A stretch of DNA of 64,000 nucleotides, from the NCBI GenBank assembly GCA_051005855.1, contig JBPCIY010000057.1, positions 7,351-71,350 of the forward strand. The letters run 5' to 3'. Position 1 is the first letter of the stretch. Every line of letters starts with the position of its first letter. Positions 57,719 through 64,000 of the stretch are shown here, piece by piece. Source of the stretch: Solirubrobacteraceae bacterium. Lineage in GTDB: Bacteria; Actinomycetota; Thermoleophilia; Solirubrobacterales; Solirubrobacteraceae. The notes under the pieces are model-generated. The model did no database searches, was not told the DNA's origin, and saw nothing but the letters and a program-made list of their open reading frames with translations. Made by a program: the position numbers and the translations under genes.

Positions 57719-58594
57719 ATGGCGACCAAACTGATCTCCCTCCTGGCGGCCGTGCTGGCCGCGGGCGCCCTCGCGGCCTGCGGCTCTAGCTCTAGCTCTA
57801 GCTCCAGCAGCAGCGCCGGCTCGAGCAGCTCCGGCCCGAGCAGCTCTGCGACCACGACTACGGCAAGGGCCAGCCCGGCCAAGCTGCGTTCGGTCCCGGT
57901 TCACGGCCCGACCGTGACCAGACATCTCGGCGGCACTTCAGGCCAGCGCGTGACCATCGCCAGCGTCAAGCACTTCGGAACCAGCATCCACAAGGGCCAG
58001 CATGCCCATATCAACGGCTTCGCCGGCCTGTCTTTGACCCAGAAGCTCAGTGCCTCGCTGGGCAGCGTCTCCTCGCTGTGGCAGATCGTCTTTTCGCATT
58101 CCCACGCCCAGCTGCCGGCCGCCAGCGCGGTGCTGGTGGCCGACACTCCGACCACCTGCGGATCAACGCAGGTCACCTCTGCCTCGGCCCCCGAGTACTG
58201 CCCGAGCACCGACACGATCATGTTCCCGCTCGGAACGGTTACCGCCAACGTCGCCCCGCTCGGTGACTCGGCCCTGCTCCTCCTGGTCGCCGACCTCTAC
58301 GGGTACCACGTCGAGAATGCGCTGGGGGCGTTCAGCAAGAAATACACGGGGGCCCAGCTCGAGAAAATGGACTCGTGCTTCTCGGGCTTCTACTTCTCCT
58401 ACGCGCAGGCCAAGGGCTACCTGCAGCCCTCCGACGAGCAGGGCATCAACAAGCTGCTGGCGCTCGAGGCCCCGGCCGCCGGCACCAGCACGTCCCCCGG
58501 GACGGTGACCGCGGGCGACCTCGCGGCCGCGTTCAACAAGGGGCTGCTCAGCAACTTCAAGCCGTCGGTGTGCCTGCCGTCAAGCGCCGGATAG
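57719..58594 (+). CDS. Lipoprotein, degenerate neutral zinc metallopeptidase (YpfJ-like) homologue
   Basis: Lipobox LAAC, Ser linker; TCG, PEYCPSTDTI, VADLYGYHVE where HExxH is expected, LEKMDSCFSG. Confidence 0.65.
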   Translation: MATKLISLLAAVLAAGALAACGSSSSSSSSSSAGSSSSGPSSSATTTTARASPAKLRSVPVHGPTVTRHLGGTSGQRVTIASVKHFGTSIHKGQHAHINGFAGLSLTQKLSASLGSVSSLWQIVFSHSHAQLPAASAVLVADTPTTCGSTQVTSASAPEYCPSTDTIMFPLGTVTANVAPLGDSALLLLVADLYGYHVENALGAFSKKYTGAQLEKMDSCFSGFYFSYAQAKGYLQPSDEQGINKLLALEAPAAGTSTSPGTVTAGDLAAAFNKGLLSNFKPSVCLPSSAG

Positions 58595-60401
58595 CAAACC
58601 CGGCCACGGCGAGCATCCGCGGAATCCCGCGCACCGCGTCGCGATCCTTGTCGCGATTGGTCTCATCGAGCTCTGCCCAGGGCTTGATCTGGTCATGGAT
58701 GCGGCGGGCGTCGTCGCGGGGCACGCCGTAGCGCCAGCCGCTTTCGAGCATCACCGCCATCCAGCGCTCGTGTTCCTGGCGTGAGAGCGCGTCCAGTTCC
58801 TGATCGGTGAACGCGAACAGCTCCTCGTCACGCGCGGGCAGCGGGCGAGGAACGAGCATGCAGTGCACGAGCGCCAGCTTGGCGTGGACGTCGTCGGCGA
58901 AGCGCCGATTGCGCTCGCGCTGGGTCTCGTCCAGCTCCTCCCACGGCCGCAGGTTGGGGTTGCGAACGACGGCCCGGGCGGCGTCCGCGCGCTGGCGCAT
59001 GAGCCATTGCGAATGCTGAGCCCGGGCGAGCAGCTCGTTGGTCCCGCGCAGGAGCAGGTTGCTGCGCATCGCCTCGCTCAACACCCCGAACGCCTCGATC
59101 GCCGTGAAACGACCACGCTCGGATCCGAGCACCGAGCTGACGCCGGCGTGGTCGTCGGCGACCGCGACTGTGACCGGAATGTCCGAGGTGTCGGGGCGGG
59201 CGTGGAGCGCGAGCGCGGCCAGCAGGGCGACGCTTTCGTCGGCGAGCGTCACGTAGGCGCGGGTCACGTCGCACAGGCCGCCGGCCTCCGCCATGGCGGC
59301 GCCCGCCTGAAAGGCGGCGGCGTCGATGGCCAGCGGCCGCGTCGCGAGCGTCAGGTACTGCTCGAGCGTCGGATATTGGGCGAGCAGGCCGGCCAGGTCT
59401 GAGTCGGCGTCTGGACCGGTGAGGGTCAGCCGTAGCCTGACCCCCGCCCGCTGCGGAGCGCTGACCCAGAGTCGCGCCAGTTGCAGGATCAGCTGCTCGC
59501 CAATGCCCTGCACCCCGACGATCAGCACATGCTCCTGCCGGGGATCGCGGCCCTCGGAGAAGGGCGGCTGGCGCTCGACCAGCAACTGGGCGCCGATCGC
59601 CATAGCATTGAAGTACTCCAGGCGCACGTCTGACCGCGGCGATCGAAACGTCGCGCCCTCGGCGGCCAGCGAGCTCCAGAGGTCGAGGTTCTCGAGATGC
59701 AGGAAGACGGTCAGCGGCTGTCCCCGATTTTCCAGCGCGCCGATCGCCGCGGCGGCGACATCGACGTTGATCCCGCCGCCGCCGCAGGCGATGACCAGGG
59801 TCTGGGCGTGCTCGATGCCCGCCTGACGCAGCAGCTTGGGGTCGGCGGCGTTGCCGGTCAGGGTACGCACCCCGCGCAGGCGGGCGCCGACGAGGTGCTC
59901 GCTGGCTGGGTTGGCCTCGATCACCACCACGGGAACGTGATCGACGAGCGCCGCGGCCAGACGCCGACCGGTGCCCCCCAGCCCGGCGATAACGACGTGG
60001 TGGCGGACGAACAGACGGATACTGGCCACGCGCGCCTGCTCGCGCGAGAGGGCCAGGACGGCGCCGATGGCGGCATACCCGGTGAGCAGCGGGGCGCCGA
60101 TCCGCGCGATCTGCAGCGCCACCGGAATCGGGGGGGTGGCGGCGCCGCCGAAGGCGAACAGCGTGATCGCCCGGTAGAGGGCGTCGAGGAACCCGTAGCG
60201 CGGCCTGACGCTGGTCAGCTGCAGGTAGCCGATCGTCCCCAAGACCAAGGAACCGAGCCCGACGATGAGCAGAATCGGGCCCCGGAGCGCCCGCCAGCGC
60301 CGCAACAGGCCCCCGCGCCACAGCCGGCGCAGGAAGGCCAGCCCCCGCTGGCGCGCCGTGGGGGCCGGGGCCCTGACCCGGGCGGCGAGCGGGGTCGGCA
60401 C
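58557..60401 (-). CDS. Channel-like protein: TM-pore-TM, two TrkA_N/RCK domains, tandem RyR repeats
   Basis: GTIGY...FLDALYRAITLFAFGG...LQIAR; HVVIAGLGGTG, GNAAD, HVLIVGVQGIG; RyR LRPWEELDE and EHERW...GWRYG...IKPWAELDE. Confidence 0.8.
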   Translation of the reverse strand: MPTPLAARVRAPAPTARQRGLAFLRRLWRGGLLRRWRALRGPILLIVGLGSLVLGTIGYLQLTSVRPRYGFLDALYRAITLFAFGGAATPPIPVALQIARIGAPLLTGYAAIGAVLALSREQARVASIRLFVRHHVVIAGLGGTGRRLAAALVDHVPVVVIEANPASEHLVGARLRGVRTLTGNAADPKLLRQAGIEHAQTLVIACGGGGINVDVAAAAIGALENRGQPLTVFLHLENLDLWSSLAAEGATFRSPRSDVRLEYFNAMAIGAQLLVERQPPFSEGRDPRQEHVLIVGVQGIGEQLILQLARLWVSAPQRAGVRLRLTLTGPDADSDLAGLLAQYPTLEQYLTLATRPLAIDAAAFQAGAAMAEAGGLCDVTRAYVTLADESVALLAALALHARPDTSDIPVTVAVADDHAGVSSVLGSERGRFTAIEAFGVLSEAMRSNLLLRGTNELLARAQHSQWLMRQRADAARAVVRNPNLRPWEELDETQRERNRRFADDVHAKLALVHCMLVPRPLPARDEELFAFTDQELDALSRQEHERWMAVMLESGWRYGVPRDDARRIHDQIKPWAELDETNRDKDRDAVRGIPRMLAVAGFAIRRLTAGTPTA

Positions 60402-60406
60402 GGGGG

Positions 60407-63400
60407 TCAGCCGGTCTGAAATAGCGATCGCTCCTCAGCGGTGAAGGTCCGCGTCTCCCGCTGGAGCGCGAGGGTCAGCAACCGGGAAAACCCGCCGCAG
60501 ATCGCGCACGGCAGGGTGGCGTAGGGAAACGCCGTGTCGGTGACCAGGACCAGTCCGTCGGCACTGAAGCCGACCCGGAGAACGGTGGTGGGCATCGGCA
60601 CGGTGAGCAGTGCTCCCGAGTGCTGGGTGTCCCAGACCCGGACGGTGTCATCGGCCGACGCGGTGACGATCAGGTTGCCAGCGGGATTGAAGGCGGCGTC
60701 CTCGATCCCCGACGAATGGCCTCGCAGCGTGGTCAGCAGTTGGGGATGCCCGACCCGATAGACCTGGGCGTTATCATCCCAGCTCCGGGTCGTGACCACG
60801 AGCCGATCGTCGGGGCTGATCGCGCCACCCATGCCCAGATACTGCCCGAGGGGGACGGGCGGGCCCCGGAGGTCGTTGCGCACCCGTCCCGTGCGGGCCA
60901 CCCAGACGAAGGTCCGACCCTGCTGGTCGGCGCTCAGCAGAAGGCGTCCGTCGGGACTGAACTTGAGGTCGACGAGCTGGGGCGCGGTGGTCGCGTGCGC
61001 TACCTCGTGGCGGCGGAACGCAAGCAGCTGATGGCCGGTGGCGGCCGACCAGACACCGATTACCCCCTTGGCGTCGACCGCGGCCACCAAACGGCCGTCC
61101 GGACTGACCGCCCCACCCAGCGCCCGACTTCCCGGCCCGGAGAGCACGCGCAGGACACGCCCACCGGGGATCCCCCGCAACTCGGCCGGCGCGGTGAATC
61201 CGTGTTGCCCCAGGGTCGAGGTCATCACCAGCATCAGCCGCCCGGCGGCATCGAAGGCCGCGTTGTCGAAACTGCGGCCGCCGGCGGGCACGACCGCCTG
61301 CACGGCGTTGGTCCGGGCGTCGAGAACCCTTAGTCCGGCGGCGGAGACAATGGCGCGCACCGGGCTGAGGAGATCGGCGCGCTGGGCGTATCCGGAGTCC
61401 AGCGCCTGCAGGGATCGATCCGCCACTGCCACCGCGTGCGATCTGACGCTCGGCTGCGCGACGATCCGGCCGCTGTCCCAGAGGCGGGCTGAGCCATCGG
61501 CTGACCAGGTGAGGATGTGCGCGCCGTCGGGGGAAATGCCGACCGGAGTCACGAGTCCCGCGTCTCCGGCCAGCGTCTCGCTGGCCGCCCCGGAGGACAG
61601 ATTCCAGACCGACACCTGACCGCTGCGCGAGCCGGTGATGAGCTGGGTCGGCTGGCCTCCGGTGTCCAGCCCGAAGCGCGACACCCCGGTGATCGCGACG
61701 TTCCCGTTCAGCCGCGCCGAGAACTGCTGCCCAGTGATGGCGGCGTAGACAGCCGCTGAGCCGTCCGGCTGCGTGGTCGCCACATAGTGGCCGTCGGGGC
61801 TCCAGGTCGACGAGGTTCCCGGGACGACGACCGTCGTCCAACGGCTCAGCTTCCAGATCACCGTCCGGCCCCGATTTGACACGTCCTCCTGAGTGGTCAG
61901 GAGGCGGGCGCCGTCGGGGCTGAAGGCGACCGTGAAGACGTACGGACGTGTCCGCATACCCGACGTAGTTCCCAAGCGCAGGTAGCGGACGCCGGCGCCG
62001 GTGCGTGTGTCCCAGACCGTGGCGGTGCCGTTCTCGCTCCCCCCGGCGACCAGTCGGCCGTCGGGGCTGAAGGCCATAGTCGACGGGATCGCCGCGCCGT
62101 CCACCTGGGCTCCGGCGCGCCTGAGGACGTGCAACGGACGGCTCGAGTCAAGCGTCCAGAGCAGAGCGGCGCCGAAGCCGCCCGGGCCGGCCGCGGTGGC
62201 CATCATCGTCCCCGAAGGACTGACCTCCACGTCGGCGAGCTGGTCAAAGGAGGGATCGGTGAAGGTCCGGACGAGGCCGCCGGTGGCCAGCTTCCAGAGG
62301 TGGATGACTCCCGCGCTCCAGGTCAGCAGGGCCTGGTCGTGCTCGGCGAAGGCCACGCCCCCCGAGTTGGCCGTCGAGGTCTGAAAGCGACGCAGCAGCC
62401 GTCCGGTCGCGGTGTCGTACACGCGCGCGTAACCGTCCTGGCCGGCCGTGGCCACCATCGTCCCGTCAGCGCTCCAGCGCGCATCGAGCAACGGCGCGTT
62501 GCTCGCGCTCGCGAAGGTGCGCAGCAGGTGGTTCTGCGGGATCGCCGTGCGCAGGGCGTCGAGGGCGGCCGGGGTCTCGCTGACCCGGGCCGCCCGCGCG
62601 GCCAGCAGCAGGCTGAGCTGGGGGTCGGTGTTGAGCTGCAGGAGTGACTGGGCCGAGAGCTCGCCCGACTTGGCCACCTGACCTTCGGTGACCGCCTGTT
62701 GGCGCAGGACGAAGGCGACCACGCTGAGCGCCAGCGCCACGGCCAGGGCTACCGACACCAACGAGCGGGTCCGGTGCAGGCGCCGGGTCGCCCACTGGCG
62801 GCTGGCATCGATGAACTCGCTCTGCAGGGTGCTGAGCCCGGGCCGCTTGCCGGCCGCCCGGGAGCGCCAGCTCTCGGCCGCCTCGAGCTCGGAGCCGTCC
62901 AGCAAGTAGCTGCGGTCGTGACGGTGGCGCTCCCACTGGACCGCCTTGTCGCTCCACTCGGTGTGCTCGCGGACCCAGTCGCGATCGGTCTCGATCTCGG
63001 TGATGAGCTGGGCCAGAGCGGCGTCGAAGTCCTCGGCGAACAGCCGGCGGCTGGGAATGAATTGGTAGGCCCGGACCGCGTCCGGGAGCGCTCCCAGCGG
63101 CGTCTCGGCCACCCGCAGGGGCAGGATGCGCTTGTTGAGTTTCAGCGCGTGGTCGAGCTCGGCGCGGCACTCGCGCGAGCCCGCCGAGTGGGGGCTGAGC
63201 AGGAACAAGAAGGCGTCGGCCATTTGAATCGCCCGCTCGAGCTCCTCGCTCCAGCGCTCGCCGCCGCGGATCTCGTTCTCGTCCAGCCACGCGTCCTTGC
63301 CCTTGCTCCCCAACGCGTCCCGAAGCCGGACGGCAAACTCGAGGTCCAGGTGGGAATAAGAGATGAAGGCCGCTGGATGCTCGGGCTGGGGGTCGGACCC

Positions 63401-63436
63401 GGTGAGCGCAGGAGTCGCTTGTCTGGCCTCAGCCAT
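60407..63436 (-). CDS. TIR - helical linker - TM - WD40 repeat protein
   Basis: AFISYSH, WLD, LLSPHSAGSRECRAEL; TM LVSVALAVALALSVVAFVL; repeated FSPDG...T...DG..R.WD units. Confidence 0.88.
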   Translation of the reverse strand: MAEARQATPALTGSDPQPEHPAAFISYSHLDLEFAVRLRDALGSKGKDAWLDENEIRGGERWSEELERAIQMADAFLFLLSPHSAGSRECRAELDHALKLNKRILPLRVAETPLGALPDAVRAYQFIPSRRLFAEDFDAALAQLITEIETDRDWVREHTEWSDKAVQWERHRHDRSYLLDGSELEAAESWRSRAAGKRPGLSTLQSEFIDASRQWATRRLHRTRSLVSVALAVALALSVVAFVLRQQAVTEGQVAKSGELSAQSLLQLNTDPQLSLLLAARAARVSETPAALDALRTAIPQNHLLRTFASASNAPLLDARWSADGTMVATAGQDGYARVYDTATGRLLRRFQTSTANSGGVAFAEHDQALLTWSAGVIHLWKLATGGLVRTFTDPSFDQLADVEVSPSGTMMATAAGPGGFGAALLWTLDSSRPLHVLRRAGAQVDGAAIPSTMAFSPDGRLVAGGSENGTATVWDTRTGAGVRYLRLGTTSGMRTRPYVFTVAFSPDGARLLTTQEDVSNRGRTVIWKLSRWTTVVVPGTSSTWSPDGHYVATTQPDGSAAVYAAITGQQFSARLNGNVAITGVSRFGLDTGGQPTQLITGSRSGQVSVWNLSSGAASETLAGDAGLVTPVGISPDGAHILTWSADGSARLWDSGRIVAQPSVRSHAVAVADRSLQALDSGYAQRADLLSPVRAIVSAAGLRVLDARTNAVQAVVPAGGRSFDNAAFDAAGRLMLVMTSTLGQHGFTAPAELRGIPGGRVLRVLSGPGSRALGGAVSPDGRLVAAVDAKGVIGVWSAATGHQLLAFRRHEVAHATTAPQLVDLKFSPDGRLLLSADQQGRTFVWVARTGRVRNDLRGPPVPLGQYLGMGGAISPDDRLVVTTRSWDDNAQVYRVGHPQLLTTLRGHSSGIEDAAFNPAGNLIVTASADDTVRVWDTQHSGALLTVPMPTTVLRVGFSADGLVLVTDTAFPYATLPCAICGGFSRLLTLALQRETRTFTAEERSLFQTG

Positions 63437-64000
63437 CGGTCACCCCCCAGCCCGCGTCGGCGAGCGCGGGGGCGATGTTGCGCACCGCCTCGCGGTCGTA
63501 CTCGCGCACGTCATCGGGCAACTGTGACCACGGGATCAGGTCCGGCGAGGTGCTCCGGCCGACCTGGCGCGGCCCCACCCGCCAGCCGGCGGCCAGTCGC
63601 TCGGCGTTCCAGCGGCCGTGCTCGACCTCGGCCAAGAGCTCGACCTGTTCGGAGCTGAGGTCCAGATGCTCTCCGTCCGGGGCCAGGCGCTTGCCAATCA
63701 GCGAGAGCTTGTTGGGGATGTCATCGGCCTGGGCCAGGTTTGAGGACCTCAGGCTCGGGGGCAGCTCTGCCCAGGGGGCCAGCGCCGGGTCGCCGGAGCT
63801 CTTGCGCTGGCGCTGGCGGCGGCGGTAATCGTTGTGGAGATAGCGCGCGACCGCCTCCCGCGGTGGCTCGGAGAGTCGCGTCGGGGCCAGAAAGGCGCGG
63901 AGCGTCATCGCGTCGGGCGGCAACTCGAGCACTCCGGCGGCGCCGAACGGGAGCAGCTCGTCGAGCGCACGGGGCGACTCGGCGGCCGGATCCAGCCAGC
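63429..64000 (-). CDS. C-terminal part of a RyR-repeat protein; 5' end outside the window
   Basis: Frame is open to the edge; LAPWAELPPSLRSSN and EHGRWNAERLAAGWRVG...LIPWSQLPDDVREYD; 8-bp overlap with the TIR gene start. Confidence 0.8.
   Translation of the reverse strand, partial: WLDPAAESPRALDELLPFGAAGVLELPPDAMTLRAFLAPTRLSEPPREAVARYLHNDYRRRQRQRKSSGDPALAPWAELPPSLRSSNLAQADDIPNKLSLIGKRLAPDGEHLDLSSEQVELLAEVEHGRWNAERLAAGWRVGPRQVGRSTSPDLIPWSQLPDDVREYDREAVRNIAPALADAGWGVTDG

Noticed and set aside
57784-57813. (TCTAGC)n microsatellite as a phase-variation switch
   Set aside because: The 6-bp unit preserves frame and simply encodes a poly-Ser lipoprotein linker.
58557-63436. Calling the TIR locus canonical Thoeris or an Avs/STAND system
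   Set aside because: No SIR2-SLOG or Macro-domain ThsA and no NTPase in the visible genes; the upstream gene is incomplete, so a STAND component there cannot be excluded.
1-64000. Many long overlapping ORFs in the track (e.g. 26581-28821 -, 20418-21839 +, 56455-57789 +, 58828-60321 -)
   Set aside because: Shadow frames of real genes, expected at high GC; low-complexity Arg/Pro/Ala/Gly translations without motifs.

Overview
Very GC-rich actinobacterial chromosome segment. The gene content suggests Thermoleophilia/Solirubrobacterales (inference, not tested). I see no rRNA, tRNA, CRISPR array or intact mobile element. Positions 1-45 kb are mostly metabolic, regulatory and DNA-repair genes: a fabH/carboxyltransferase/reductase operon, a HipA-like kinase plus DUF3037, ppdK, a GGDEF-EAL-TM-GGDEF protein, a MarR-PDZ fusion divergent from a cytoplasmic HtrA-like protease, a PASTA kinase, recCBD, fpg/nei, an aac(2')-like gene and a Prim-Pol. 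Several intergenic gaps hold pseudogenes collapsed by internal deletions. Positions 46-49.4 kb are small uncharacterised ORFs around a cold-shock gene, and two of them share a structured 5' leader. Positions 49.6-64 kb look accessory: a patatin phospholipase, a cluster of proteases and pseudo-proteases, and an operon cut off by the window edge. That operon encodes a RyR-repeat protein, a TIR-TM-WD40 receptor-like protein and a pore-RCK-RCK-RyR channel-like protein. It is the best candidate for an undescribed signalling or defence system; the MarR-PDZ/HtrA pair is second. All family calls come from reading motifs by eye; no searches were run.
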